Shown: positions 1-14,721, counted from the first letter of the stretch. The stretch: 64,000 nucleotides of DNA from Spizellomyces punctatus DAOM BR117 (GCA_000182565.2 KQ257454.1), one strand, 5' to 3'. Made by a program: numbers and translations. The notes: a model not told the origin generated them from the sequence alone.

Positions 1-410
1 CCAAGGAAGCTCAAAAGTGTGAAAAACGCTCTAAATCTTTGGAATTTGGTTCTTCCGTTCTGAAGATGAGAGGCGTGGAAGGTTGAGGAAAGCCGCCCCT
101 CCCTTTAAACACTTGTTCCCCAAATCCTACTCCAAAAAGCCCTTTTGCGTTTAACGCCAAGTCATGCTGGTTACCTTTTACCCTGTTGCCCCAACTTGAA
201 GGGTTTTTAGGAAAGCGCGTCGTGTTGCGCGCCGCGACCGGGCGTTTGGCAAACTGACTTTTTACCAGTTTTTGAATGTTTGTAAAAACTGCCACAACAG
301 CAGTTGATAGGATGCATGCAAAAAGAAGCTGGGTATTTATTCGTATTTACAGCTTTACAGCGGATATGTCTATTCTTTACATTTAGCGACCAAGAAAATG
401 AGACAAAGCT

Positions 411-2505
411 CTAGTCATCCGTTAGATCAATAAAATCCATGGGTGATATGTTACTCCCAGTGATGGCTGAAGAGTGAGCCGAATCCTCATCCATTGACTC
501 CTCTTCCGACTCTGAGTAGATTTCAATCACCTGGTTCTCCTCTTCTGTGTCACCCTCACTGTCTTCTTCTTCCTCCTCCTCATCATCCTCCTTTTCACTG
601 CATTCGCCACTCTCTACCTCATCAGAGTTGGCAGTTGAATGCGATTGTACATCGTCCTCCATATCACTCTCATCAGAGGTGTCCTCCTCTTCATCTGTTA
701 GTTCTTCCATAACATCTACTGAGAAATCAGGACGAATAGGTAGTTGCATCAATTCTTCATCCTCCTTCTCCTCTTCTGCATGCTGTTGCATTCTAGACCA
801 GTTGCCGTCTTTCGCGTCAGCACGTCGCTCCCGATCATCTTTCGGTTTTGCTTTATGAGGAAGATGGCACTTTTTATTTTTGCATTTCCCCTCCGCAAAA
901 TCTGGGCACTGGTAAACATGCCGATTCTTGCACTGATCACCAGCCTCACAGAAACCCTCAAGCGCAAAATCGCGACAGATAGCAGCATCGGGACTTAGCT
1001 TGACATGCAGGTACGGACAATTCTCGTTCCTACAGCGTCCACGCTCAAAATGCAGACAGGTGGGCATATTGTGCATATTTGGGCTGTGGGAAAGTTTGCA
1101 GGACTCCACATCACATTGGCCTTTTAAAAAGGCGGGGCAGACTGCCAATCGTTCAGGCACGTGAGCGAAGCGACAGTACAGACCTTTGTCGCATCGACCT
1201 ATAGTGCCCGGAAATGCAACTTTAGAAACGCGAAAGGGTACAGTCATGTGGACCCTTACCAAAGCGATAGAATTGGCAGTATTTCGGCTTCCGTAGAATC
1301 TTATTTCTGTTATGCATCGCCTTTGTACCTTCCCTGTAATAGTAATCTTAGTGACCAAGCTGAAATTCTTACAGTAAATGCCCGGCACAAACTTGAGAGA
1401 GGGAGGCGTTTTGTTTGATAATACGAGATTTCCTGTTTTGCTTCGCACGAAAGACAGTCCATTTAGGACCACACGCTTTGGGGTTTTCTTCTGTGGCGTA
1501 ATCTCTGCATTTTAAGCATCGCACGTTGCTGATCGGTAAACCGTTCTCGGACAGCGAATCGCATGCATATACCTGTCTTGCGTATAAGTTTCCTCCCCGA
1601 TGCATCCCGGATAAAAGCAACCCCGTTGATGTTTACAGTTTTTCGCCGTGGCGTTGCTAGATCTAGCATGCCAAATCAACACACACTTGCTGCTCGACGC
1701 TGCAAATGACCGCTGTACCTCGTTTCGCATTGGCTGCTACTAGTTTACTACCATCGGCGCTCTTACTGTACTGCATTCCATCCACGATGATGAGCGTCTT
1801 ATTTGCGGATCTCGAGTATGTCTTTTTCGACAGTTTCTTTGATCTGACGCAAACATGACATGAGCTTGACCAATCTGAAGTCCACACACAAGGAGCTTCA
1901 CGTACCGGATAGGTGTCGGTGGTTTTGGAGGCCTTGGCTTGCTAAGTGGCGCTAGAGCAGCCGAGTTAGAATATCAGGTGGCTATATCGAAAATAACGAC
2001 AGTCCCCCTTGGTCCTATCCATGTATGGCACCATTAACGAGGAGCACTACCTACCACTCCCAACCCGCACAAGCTTATTGCCCGTTTTTACAAAAGCCGT
2101 GGACGGATCGTTGGCTTCGTTTTGCGGCTGACCCGATGGCATATCAAGAGGCAATGAAGATGACCTCGGTATATTGACTAGCGTCCGGTGACGAGATGGC
2201 TTATACGCTTTGCTGGCAGGCACATGCTTGGAGTTGGTAACTGATGTGGACGGAAGGGGAGCGTTGGTTGCCTTGTTGACAAGAGTGAGGTTGTGGCTCC
2301 GTTGGAAAGGCCGCTTCTGATATGGATGGAATGTCCGTCCATGGTATTGTGCACTCGAGCTTAAACGAGGCTGACGATTCAGTGCACCTGTAGTAATAAG
2401 TCAGTGAAATTTATGCCTGGTGTGGACGGTTGTGTAGGAGAGAACATCACCTGACAAAAGTGCAATCTGCTTCAAAATCTCGTCATTGTCGGCCATTGCT
2501 GTCAT
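411..2505 (-). CDS. CCCH tandem zinc-finger protein, ZC3H3/Red5-like (multi-exon)
   Basis: Spliced reading KYCQFYRFG|RCDKGLYCRFAH..VCPAFLKGQC..TCLHFERGRC..ICRDFALEGFC..QCPDFAEGKC gives five CCCH fingers followed by an acidic tail; N-terminus MADNDEILKQIALLSG; start at 2496 or 2505. Confidence 0.8.
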
Positions 2506-2720
2506 CTGCAGGGACAGAGGGTGAGATAAAATGCACTCAGTCCAGGTTATTCTTTCTGATTCTATCCAAAAGGCGGTAGTAAGTAAAACAAGAGATGAAA
2601 ACCAGAACTGCACAAAGGCCAGTGGGAAGTCTCAACAGCTCGGGGCTAAACTACTCGATTATTTCTTTTTGACGACGCGTCTGTCTGCGTAAGCTCCTTC
2701 AAACTAGGCAGCCAGAGGAC

Positions 2721-5535
2721 ATGGAGGTGGAGAAACCAGACCGGAAGAAGCGGAAAGTTCAAGGAAGCAAAGCGACAAACGGTGATGGGGTCTCTGTATA
2801 TTCTACGAATCAATTTGCAGCGCTGCGCACTCTCAAAAAAGTACGGCGCCCTGCGGGATCTGAACTTTTAAGTACTGGTCCTCCACGGCTGGAACCCACA
2901 CCTTCTACTGGTTCGACGATAAGCGAACTGTCGTCTTTACCGTCTGATAGAGATGAGATACGGGAGACCAGCGCTCCTACTACGATACTGTCAGGAGGGT
3001 CCGGACAACGGGGGAGGAAGAGACAAGTTGAGGAGAGGAAATGGGAGACGCACTTTCCGGATATGAATGCTGTCTCTTCATTCCAGCCGTCCGTGGGAAA
3101 CGTAGTGTCTAATAACTCCAATCTCTGTGTGGTTGCACTGAAGCCTGAGGAGGTATTGTTTATTTCAGTCCTTCATAATTTGTGCGGTTCCGCAAGCTTA
3201 TAAGGCGCCACTGTAGACCATATGCTTCCAAGGCATGGTACTTGCGACTCCGATCAGTGGGTGTTTATCTGTGTTCGGTCATCGATTGGTTGCAAGCACA
3301 GCATGGAAAGACATTGCGACCAGCAAAACGAAAGCCAACCGAAGCTCCTTGCCTCCGCTCGCTTTCTACCCATGCTTTTCTCCAAAGTCCCAAAGCCTGT
3401 TGGTGTTGAAAGCCGATGCATTGCCCGATAGTAACACATCCTCCACTCCGGTCAAAGACTTACCAGCGATACAGCTTGCAGACAGAACAATATCACAAGC
3501 GATTCTGGATCTTGTAATACAACTGAAAACAAGAGCCGATCCTAGTGTGACCATCATTGCGCTTCAAAGTATGACATACAGCAATTTGCAAGGTATCGAG
3601 GGATGCATGCCACTTTTAAAAGGCTTGCTCAAGGATGAAGTCAATGGGGTAAGCGCCGAAATATATGATTTCTTGACCGTCATGAACTCTCGCTGATGAT
3701 TGCGTCGAAGAACTTTTCGATCGGTATCCCAGGTTTCTATCCGGTATGATTTTTATGAGATTTTGTTCATGGAATGTGCCAATCAAGCTTATCATCTGTT
3801 CCCAGATCTTTAATCCTATACCAAACGTCACAGCCTTGTCGATACCGCATCAGTGGAGTGACGTCGCAACGTCGATAGCGTCTTATGTTGATCCGGGACA
3901 GCGTAAAGTCATTTGTATTGTGGGAAGCAAAAATATGGGCAAGTCGACACTTGCTCGATATCTTATCAATCGGCTACTGAACTGGTGAGCAGATTTAGGT
4001 TGTTCGAATTGAATGGGTTATGTTATTAAATTCCGATCGTAGCTATCAGGAAGTTGCGTTTCTAGAATGCGATATCGGACAACCCGAATTTACATCTACA
4101 GGACTCGCGTCGTTGAATGTAGTAACAGCTCCTTTATTAGGTACGCCACTATGGAATAATGTTCGGATAGCTTCATGTGTATTCTAATGAGTATGATCCT
4201 CCTCAACATAACCAGGTCCCCCGTTCACGCACCTTCAACCTCCGCGTCGAAGCTTCTATCTCGGTGCGACATCAGCGAAGCACGATCCTGACTATTATCT
4301 AGAATGTCTACATGAGCTCTACAATGAGTATGAGAATACCATTGCAGGTACCAATAGCGGTAACATGGTTCCACTCGTCATCAACACCCACGGATGGATA
4401 AAAGGTTAGTGTATGGAAAACGTGTCACATGGTCCAGCATCTTGTCCAACCATTCGCGACATAGGAATGGGGGTCGATCTCCTGGTCCATTTCTTAGCGC
4501 GAGTTCGGCCGACCAACATCCTTCAAATGTCCGTTCCCAATAACACTCCCCAAAGTTCATCGAAGAACCTAAACGTTGATTTGGCTGACGTTTTGTCGAA
4601 CATGATCGGGAACCAAACAAACGTCTGTGTAACCCAAGTGCCAGCTATTGACGATAGTGCAGCAAGGTAGGTGCTGTCCCATGTTAATCAGAGTCAAAGG
4701 AAGCCTGACAGTGGCTGCAGAGCGAAGTTTGGCGCAAGCGACCACCGTGCGCTGGGTCTCTTGTCATATTTCTACCAAACTCTCGGTCATCCAGCTGCTT
4801 TGGCCCTGTCTGAGACCAAGCAGCCTCATTGGTGGAGTTTCCACGAGGCAATAACAGCAAGGGTACCATACCAAGTTCCCTTCAAATCTTTGAAGATTCG
4901 CTTCATGCACGGCGAGGTGCCATTTAGTCAGACATTTCATGCACTCAATGGTTGCGTGGTAGCACTTGTCATTGACCAAACGGCGTACGAGACACCCCAA
5001 AATGTATCATCTACCGTAGAGATATCAGACGAAGACGTGAGTCCGCAAGGGTTGCACATCAATTCATCTCTCGCTTTGCTGACATGGAATGCGCGGGTTC
5101 TGCACGATAGGTATACCATGAAGCTGCTAAATCCTTACGCATCGTACCGTCGCAGATTCCACTCATTCCTGCATCGCATAATTGCGTCGGACTTGGCCTG
5201 GTACGCAGCATCGACATCGAAACCGGTGTTTTTTACATTGTGACAGGCCCGATTCCACCGAAACAGCTTGCTGAAGTCAATATGCTGGTGCGCGGGGCGG
5301 CAATGGAAATACCTGTCAACTTGGTTACTGCTGGATACGAGGTAAGGCAACGCATTAGATGACCTCATGCAATAACACGCACTGAACATTATGCTGCTGC
5401 TAATAGAACAGTCGCGCCCATCTGCCATATACAACGCACTTGGCCTCAGAAGGAATCGGCTCCCTTGCATGGCGGACGCGCCATAATCTACTGCGACGAC
5501 GACGACCTCCTGGTGGAGGTACTCCAGTTTCATAA
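2721..5535 (+). CDS. GRC3: Polynucleotide 5'-hydroxyl kinase NOL9/Grc3 (Clp1 family)
   Basis: P-loop IVGSKNMGKSTLARYLINRLL, FLECDIGQPEF, PLVINTHGWIKG, GLGLVRSID; many GT-AG introns. Confidence 0.9.
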
Positions 5536-5684
5536 ATAAGGATGATTATTATAATTATGCAAATGTATGTACACATCATTATATACGTAATTTTGGCATC
5601 AAGTGCTCAGTGATGCGAAATTAGTGACCCGAAATATATATACACGTGGGTGAGAATTCATGGTTAGATCGTTGAGTGTTAGCT

Positions 5685-6268
5685 CTATCCACTCCTACGA
5701 GATGACGGCGTATAGAGGGCATCCTCGAGATCCATCGTGACGCGATCCAGTTCATCCTTGAAATCCAGGAGCGCATTGTTACATTTCCCTTCTCGATCTT
5801 TCACCGTTAGCCAGCGAGAGTGTAGAGTCGCGTTCAGCATCTTGAAATCGTTTAGTAGAAGGACTTGTTTGAGTTCTGACGTCAACGTCAATAGTGATTC
5901 TGCAGAGTTCACCTACGAAACGATAGGAAAATTCGTTAGCTGTTGGTCAGTCGGATCTTGAGTAACTACACCGCCATGACTAACGATATTTGCAGCCGCG
6001 CCCTCCATCAACTGTCGCTCCTGTGCAATTTTGTATTTATCTTTGGTTTCGAATTGACTCGAGTCGGTCAAGCTGCTTTGTCGTAGCTGCGGTTGTGAGG
6101 GGTAAAGTATGCTCTTCCTTTAGTGCATGCCATAAGATCGCGTATAAAAGACCACGATCTTACCGATGCAGCTTCAACCAAGTGCGTCAAGTTATCAAGG
6201 AGAACGTCAATTTCCGTGTCAAGGCGCTTGTTAAGGTCATCTTCGGTGTAAGTACTCGGTATAGCCAT
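5685..6268 (-). CDS. MED22: Mediator subunit 22 (Srb6)
   Basis: LNKRLDTEIDVLLDNLTHLVEAA ... NSAESLLTLTSELKQVLLLNDF, over 3 exons. Confidence 0.8.
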
Positions 6269-6488
6269 GATGGTTGAAAGGAGTCGTGAAGGAATACGTA
6301 CTGCCCCTCCAAGATCTCGTCACGTGCTCGCCATGCGATTTGCACGTTACCACGACAATAGGATCTGCGATTCTGTCTCTTGACCTGCCTTAAAAGGCGG
6401 AGATCTTTGTCGAGGATTTGCACCCCTCCGGACGGGTATTTTTCTTTGTAGACGCCCGCCAAGTCTTTTCAAAGTCAATATCAAAGTC

Positions 6489-7686
6489 ATGTCCTGCAAA
6501 GTGGTAAAAGTTTCAGACGTGGCAGCTCCGTTCATGTACGGTGTGCGAAATTATAATTTGCATTGAATACTGTTAACTGACTCTAGAATGTCTTTTACTT
6601 GTGTTGCTCAAACAGCCAAGAGCTAAAAGATCAAATATCCAAGCTGGAGGTTAAGCCCTTGTTGGTAGCCTTCCTTGCAAACGACGACCCGGCAGCCAAG
6701 AAATACGCCGAATGGACGGAGAAGACTTGCGCGGAAACGGGCTTGCGCTTCGAGCTGAGGGAATGCCCAAGAACCGAATTGGAAGATCGCATTGTGGAAG
6801 CAAATGAGGATCCCAATGTTCATGGAATTATGGTGTATTATCCTGTATTTGGTGGGACACAGGTTGGTATTGGGTTGGTCTTGGTTCTGGCTCTTTCTTG
6901 TTTACGAACTCGACGAATATCATCAGGACGGATACATACAGAATACTGTCAGCTACCGAAAAGACGTAGAGGTACGATTGCCAACGTCTCCGTTATACTA
7001 TTCAGATTGTTGAGCTCAATCTCTATCAATTATAGGGTCTCTGCCATAAGTATCGATACAATATGTACCACAATATTCGATATCTAGACCAGCAAGAAAC
7101 CCAGAAATGTATCATCCCGTGTACACCCCTTGCCATGGTCAAAATTCTGGAACACATTGGAGTTTACAACAAAATCCTACCATACGGCAACCGACTTCAT
7201 GGTCGCATCATCACCGTCATCAACCGAAGTGAAGTTGTTGGACGACCTCTGGCGGCGCTCTTGGCTAATGATGGGGCCAGAGTGTATTCAGTCGATATTG
7301 ACGGCATCATGGAATTCCATCGTGGGGAAGGTTTGAAGCTGAAGAAGCATGAGGTCAAATACGCCAAAGTCACTGTATCGTTAACTATTCGCTCAACGCA
7401 AACTAAATGAACTTCTCTATTCCAGGTGTTTGAGACAAAAATTACTTTGGAAGAAGCTCTTAAACTCTCCGACGTAGTCATCACGGGCGTACCCAGTCCG
7501 AACTACCGCGTGGATACGTCAATCCTGAAGGATGGCGTTATCGCCATCAACTTCTCCACAGCAAAGAACTTCAATGACGATATAAAAGAAAAGGCCTCCA
7601 TCTACGTGCCTTCGGTCGGAAAGGTCACTGTGGCCATGTTGGAGCGGAACTTGTTGAGATTGTACGACTATCAAACGCAATTGTAA
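6489..7686 (+). CDS. MTD1: NAD-dependent methylenetetrahydrofolate dehydrogenase
   Basis: LVAFLANDDPAAKKYAEWT, VHGIMVYYPVFG, IIPCTPLAMVKILE, INRSEVVGRPLAALLANDGARVYSVD, YVPSVGKVTVAMLERNLLRL. Confidence 0.95.
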
Positions 7687-7854
7687 ATAAACATTTATCA
7701 TATTTAATAGATTACTTTTTAATAGATTACTTTTGAAGACCTTTTCATCACTTTATCTTTTCCTTTGCTAACTTTGCCTGTATGTACAGTTCCGTGTATG
7801 TGCAGTTTCCAAAATATGAACAAAAATCTATAAATACGGACCTCTTCCCCACCA

Positions 7855-10800
7855 TCACATCCTCGACAGTCCACAGCTATTCATAACGTTCCTCAAAATG
7901 CCCGACTTGCCCTTTGTGGCCGCAATTATTCTATTTTTCGCAGTCGCAGCTCTCTGTTCTGGTGATCCACGTACGACCGATCGTGTATGTCGCGATTTTT
8001 GACTGGCCGAAACTTCGTCGGGGGATGGAAAGGTGTGCATAGTATGGGCTGCAGGAGGGAGTTTGATTTCCTACAAAGATGTGTCGCCCATGAGTGAGGA
8101 GAGGACCTCAATGCAGAGACAAAATGTACTTACCCATCCACTCGAATCGATTATTTGCAAAAACTCATTAAATAATGCCGTCCCTTGGAGAGTAGATTTG
8201 GATCCAAAAATAATCAGTTTCTTCTTTGCTCTGGTGAAAGCGACATTGATACGACGCCAGTCTCGAAGCAAATCTCCAACATTCTGCTTGGGATTGGATC
8301 GCACCAGGGACACTACGACGCAGTCCTTGTCGCTGCCTTGGAATTTGTCGACGGTATGGATAGCCACATTGGTACGATGTTTGAGGAATTGTCCAATAAC
8401 TTTCAGCTGCGACCGGTAGGGAGAAATAACGCCAAGAGCTGTCTCTTCCACCCCACACGCAACTAAACACTCCACAATCTGTAATATTACAGGGTTATAA
8501 AAGGACGAATAACCAGACTAACGGTAATGATCTGCATACATACCTGGCGCACTAGTATCGCCTCAATGTCATTTTGAACCAAGTCACCAGGCCGCGAGTC
8601 TGGCGCAGGTACCTCATCAGTATTCACGAAAACTACCCGACGGCTTATATGTGGAGATCAAGATGATTAGATTCCAAGATTTGCCTGCAAAAGACATCGG
8701 AAAGTGGAAACATACCGAGGCTCAACAATATCCCGAATCCAACAGTTTGCTCCCTGACAGCTCCGATTGGCATGAGCGTGCGGCGATGGAGATCCCGCCG
8801 CGTGCAATTGATCCAGTCCCTCCTTCATCTTCACCACGTTAAGAGCGGAATGCGCAACGGCCGGGGTCCCGCATCGGAGGCGATGGTTGTAAATAAGCGC
8901 ATTGGAGAGTAACATGATATCCAAATTCATGCGATATTGGTGCTCGAGATTGACAACAGCCTCAGGGTGTGCCTCGCTGAGAATTTTAAATAACGAGGAC
9001 GCCAGTCCTGTATCTTTCGCCTCTGGGTTACGAACCTGTTTGTTCGGTTGTGATGTGTTTATCAGGCAACGTCTACGAATTCAAAGAAGGTACAACACGT
9101 ACCAATGGAGGAAGTTGATAATGATCACCAACAAGAATGAAAACATCCGCGAAGCGCAGCGGCCCGAGACACACAGGAAGAGTCAATTGCGATGCTTCGT
9201 CGACAATGCAATAGTCAAATGTACGCTTTGTGAATAGCACGCTAGAAGGGAACATTGTAAGCGAATTTAACGCGCCAAAGCATACATCATTCATCAAACT
9301 TACTGATTGATTCCCAAGCACGTCGTTGCAACGATCTGCTTTGACATGTAAAACTTTTCGAGATCCTCAACAGAGTTGATGTCACTGCGATAGCTCGCCG
9401 TATATGGTTGGATAGCTGAGTGGATCTGCAATTTACTCACGTTCACGACTGTATACTGCACAAGCACCAGAACGCCAGAGCAAAGCTGACCTTTTGTTCA
9501 TTACCCAATCGTAAGAAATCTAGACCCTCATCCCGAAGCTTGAGTAGCACGTTATCCACTGCCGTATGTGTGTAGGATGTCAGCAAGACAGTTTTTCCCC
9601 GCTTGACAAGGGTTTGTATGATGTATGCAATCGTCGTGGTCTTCCCCGTTCCAGGCATACCCAAGATAAGGGCGTAGTCCAGAGCTAATAGCAATAAACC
9701 ATGATTGGTTGATACTGGTTGAGTGACGCGTTGTTATTTGGGTACATACCGGACATAACCTTTTCTACAGCATGACGTTGGTCCATATTCAAGGTTTGAT
9801 CCAATGCAGTGCCTCCGACATCATGCTGGAACTTCGGTGCTTCCAGGTCTACGATGAGCCGTCTTCGCTTTGCGTCTCCGTCTGCTTTGAAGAGGGCGAC
9901 TAAATTTGCCCGAACCAACCCCATACCGGATGCAAATTCATCCTTGTCAATCCGATACATGGTCCGATCCTCTCGCTGGCTTGGTTCGCCCCCTGGACAG
10001 TTGTTTTCCTTTCGAAAACCCGGCTGTCTCACTTCCATGATACCTTCAAAATCCTGGTTTTTTGATTCATCAAAGTTGTGAAGGCGATGTGGTGCCCCAC
10101 GGAGGCGTCGGTCCACTGAGACTGTTACGATGTCAGGCCGCAAATCCACCACGAACCCTATGGCCAACGCATAATGGCCGTCTTCGGTGGACACTACTAT
10201 GGGATCACCAACAGCAATATGGGAGTTCAGAAGCGACGCGGGAGGTTCTGATGCTGGTTCTGAGACAGCTCGCGAAAAGCGGTACTGTCTACGCATTGGA
10301 CCTGATAAAGGTGAGTCCTTTGCAGACTCAGGGCTATCAGGAAGCAGACGCATTTGACTGAAGCACCTATAGCATCATAGATCCGCTTAGTGTCATTTGA
10401 TCTGCAAATCATACATTACGATCTTCACCTCCGAAGTTTCTCTCGCTCAGTGCCCAATAATGTCCAAATTTCCTTTCGCATACGTTGCATATCACCTTCT
10501 TCCATAGTGATCAGTCGCTCCCATTTATCAAAGAATGCAATGTGGGCAGCGGTCATATGGCTCGTCCTTTTGTCAAAGAGAGAGCCTAGCCCGCTGGTAT
10601 CCGCCGTGCCATTCTCGATAGCCTGTGCGAAGATGGTAAGCAAAGGAAAACATATCAGCTCAACAATGATTTCCTACGTACTTTATGGTATGTCAAGCAA
10701 TTATCAAGAGCATAGCATCGCTGGCAGGCATGTAATCTCTGAATCATGGGCGGTAGCTTCCCCCGCGAATTCAAGTAGCTTGCCATGGCATTGCGAGCTA

Positions 10801-13800
10801 TTATCAGTCCCCGTACTTCATCGCGCAATGAAGGAATTTGTATCATGTCGCCGGCTTTCATATAATACAAAATACCGCTTGCAACATCAATGTCTGTTTG
10901 TTTGTACTTTTAATCGTCGAATCCAAGGTAAATTGAAAAACAGATAGACCATACCATAACGGTCAGACATCATCAATGTATACAAACTAGTCTGCGCTCG
11001 GTGCGACACGACTTTGCTGTTTCTGCCAGTTTTCAATTCAAAAGGAGCAGCCAGCGTTTTCAGTGGACCGGACCCCTGTCGCACGCGCAGCTGCACGGTA
11101 GCATCAATGTTGCCTTTGATGCCATACATGGGAGACCAGATGTTCTCTTCAATGTCCAGTACTTTGCTGATGCAAACTGTCATCTTCTGCTCTTTATCGT
11201 TACGATGCTGCTGAACGACCGCATCTGGCTGTCACAGGACAGTGGTTATCGACTATGTTACAGGTGCTCCATTCCTGTCAAACCTACCTTTGGTGTGGTA
11301 CCGATGAATTTTGACGCCCACTGTTGCAGAACAGAAACTGATTCCCTCAGATGGGCCGTGGCGACAGTTTCAGTCTCACCGATACTATACAGTTCCTCAA
11401 TGCTCTTCCGAACCAGTCGGTCAATCTCCTCGTTTATTCGTCTTGTCGAGAAGTCATTTTCCACCAAGCACGTCTGTAGTAAGCAGTGCAGAAGATTGCC
11501 ATACACTAATGGCGGGGTTGGCTCGCCAAAGGACCGAACACGGGCTTGCAGGATAGACTTTCGCAGACAGTCAAAGCTTTCGGCAACATAAGTGGCAGAC
11601 ACTAAGGTGTCCGGATGTACAATGACCAAGCTTTTCTCATTGTCCGCTATACATCGATTAAATGCAGGATCAAAAGCACCGAGGACATGAATGTAATCAC
11701 CTGGGCGTATAGTCAACATTCTGTCCGGAGCTGTCAATAACAAATGGGAGTGAAAACTTACCAACGTTCACGTCTGTGCTGTACCAATCCTCGCGCAAAT
11801 GCAGATACCGCTCGGTCGTTGTGCTTTCATCAAAGAGCCTAAGGATCTGCATGAACATGAAAAGGCATCCAGATGTAAGCAACAGTTTATGCAATGTATG
11901 ATGTAAGACCAACCTTTTCAGGACTTCGGCATCCTCCAATAGCGTAGCCGTATTCACTCCAAGAGATCTCCAGGACGAGAAAACGCATGTACTTTTGCCT
12001 GAATTGATTTCCCTGCAGATACAATAGCGGAGGGTCAGTCCCTCACGGGCAATCGCAGGTACGCTATGCTTTCGTCTACCTGACTCTTCATCGCAGGTGG
12101 TGCGGGTGGTGTACAAACGTCAGATGCACCGCGTTCACTTCCTGAGGCCTGGTCACCTGCAATCGGCAGGTTTACTGTTATCTGCTGGTTGTGCGAACAG
12201 TATTCCTGCATCACAGCATCCAACGCCAAAGAGCACGCCATGTCATCGTCATCGTCCACAACACAAAAATAGTCTTCCTCAGATTCGAGTTTTTCCTGAC
12301 AGGTGCTACTAGAGGCGGTGAATACATCGCGGTTGCGTATTTTGACGTGCTGAAGTGTGCTCTGGTCGGGACTCTTAGCAGAGACTGCTTCGACATGGAC
12401 AACCATGCCCGAACCGGCTTTCGTGTTAGATGACATGACGGGTACAGGACGACGTCTCCCTCGTGGTCCAGATTCTCTCTCAGCGCTGACCCTTTCTGTA
12501 AGCTGAGCAACAGAGGCTGCCTCCCAAGGAGGAATATTCTCTTTATTGTCTTCACTACATAAGCTTTTCCTCTTCCGCTGGGGCAACTTTGTTGCGGACT
12601 TCCCCACTGTCGTGGATATCTCCTTAATCTGACTTGGAACCGCCAGCTCTGGTTGCTCGCCATTCACGGAAGATCTGATTGTTTCTGTTGAGGTCGTCCG
12701 ATTCGGTGAGGCACCTCTTTTCGGTTGCATATGTTCATTATGAGAATATGACACTTGATGGAGGAAAGGTTCAAGGTCATCGTGCCCGGAACTCGGTATA
12801 TTTGGCAGCGAAATCGATCGCTCAAGAGGCCGGCGTCTCCCGCTACCCGGTGACTTTGACGCTGCATTATTGGACGGGCTTCCCGGAACATCGAAACGCA
12901 TATCATCAAAGACGGATTTACAACGTGCAATGAAATCTCGCAAAGCAACACGGCTTTCTACAGGGGGACTACCATCCGGCTTGTCAGCCGCAGTCCAGTG
13001 CAATGCTTTTTCTTTTCGTTGCCGCTTTCGCTCGCTGATGCGTGCAGAAGGGGAGCTTTCGATGTTGCTCAGACTAAATGATCGTTTGAAAGCCTGGCGG
13101 CTCCTTGGAGTCATTTCGACAGTGGGCGACGGTGCAAGCTCCAACCAACGTCGGTTATTGCTTTTGCTTCGGTCAGAATCCATGGATACTTGACCATTTC
13201 GTGATTTGCTGTTTGGCGTCTTCGTCTGATAGTACGACAGTCAAATGCAGAATGTCACTTCGACGCACCAACTTTCACCTACCAGAGGATTGGGCTCACT
13301 TTTCAGCATCTTCACAAGATAAGTTACCTCTGCTTCAGGATCTACAAGGCCTCCTTCAAGGCGATCTTTGTCAGATTGAAAAACCATATAAATATTGCAT
13401 CCAGAGATCGTACCATCTTTCTCAGCAGCCTGTAGCTTATCACCGGGGGGAGATGCGAGCCAAAAAACAGTTTCTTCTTGGTCGCATTTCAGTTTGATGC
13501 TCCCTTGGGTTAAGGAGGGTAGCTCTGACACGCTAGATGGACTTTGCTCCAGTAGTGGGACCTCAATGGCTCTGGCCGCCTCCTCTGCAGCGTGCTTTCT
13601 CGACAATGGCTTTTCAGTGGGACCGTCCAAAAAGCCAGAATCGGCTTTTTTCAATCCGTCTTTATGTTTCACTGATCGGGGAGAAGCAACGGCATCCGTG
13701 CCAGACGGGGGTGTCAATTGACGTGGCGCCATAGGCTTTGGCCGTACCGGCGACGTCTCATCACAAACTACCTGTGCCCTCTTGGACACTGTAAATAGGA

Positions 13801-14345
13801 TCATTGATGAGAGCGATAAGTATCGTACGATCATACGTGCAATTGTATAATTAAACTGGCAATTGGGTATGATTTGTACTCACCAGGGCAAACAGAAGAG
13901 GCAGCCGATGTCAGTAATCCTCTGCTTTCCGCTGTCACTCGAGAATTGACTCCAGGCTCTTCGCTTAGGACATTTCGCTCGCCGAGTGCTTTCCTGGCGC
14001 TAGGCGGTTTGGTGGTCTGTCCGACTGGCTTCCGCTTCGGCTTCTCGACACTGCCATTTTCTCGATCACCTATCATCTTTTCCGCAGAATCTACCTTCAC
14101 TTTGGTGCTGTTGCCATCGATGCCAGCTGTAGGCGCCAGGAATCGGCGTATTCCAAGGCTTCCGTCGGGTTTGGGCTTTGCCTTCGCTGTCGCGGAGGTA
14201 CGCTATATATACCCGTGAAGAGATCAGGTATCGTCGTGCCTGTGACTCTTCAACGCATGCATACCTTCGTGCCGTTTATGGTCTTAGTCGGTAGAGCGGC
14301 GGAAGAGCCATTTTCGTTCTTCCCGGCTACCGATCTCTTCTTCAT
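7855..14345 (-). CDS. DNA2: DNA replication helicase/nuclease Dna2
   Basis: [52 protein letters not shown], Fe-S Cys [12 protein letters not shown]1 motifs [41 protein letters not shown]; long low-complexity N-terminus whose exon structure is approximate. Confidence 0.95.
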
Positions 14346-14715
14346 GTTTGGATGGATCGAGAAGTGTTACGAAAATGGGAGCCAAGTGAAGTGCAAGTGC
14401 ACGCCTTGAGAGTTCAACCTCGGTCTTTTTCGGTATCACCTATCTAATTGACTCCACCTGGGCATGGGGAATACGGTGTGCTAGTGATTTGTTGACAGCA
14501 ATATAGTATTTATCTGGTGGAATTCTGAACACCTCATACAAAAATGTTCAGATCCCGCAAAACGGATCTGGTAGCAGCGTCCAGAGTCCAGGGCAAGGTG
14601 CACCGTTCCGCACCGCTACGTAACCGCTAAGCGAGTAGTGCTAGTGTTGGGTACAATTTCTTACGGACCTCGCGCCGGATTTTTGAACGGTCGGACGTGC
14701 TGGCAGAGCTTCGTG

Positions 14716-14721
14716 ACGCGT
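14716..14721. promoter_or_regulatory. MCB-like element ACGCGT upstream of DNA2
   Basis: ACGCGT about 370 bp upstream of the DNA2 ATG; fits G1/S regulation of replication genes, but a 6-mer can occur by chance. Confidence 0.3.

Noticed and set aside
14597..14609. Minus-strand GGAACGGTGCACC matches my recollection of the human U2 snRNA 3' end
   Set aside because: The highly conserved U2 5' half and GTAGTA branch-pairing context are absent; treated as chance
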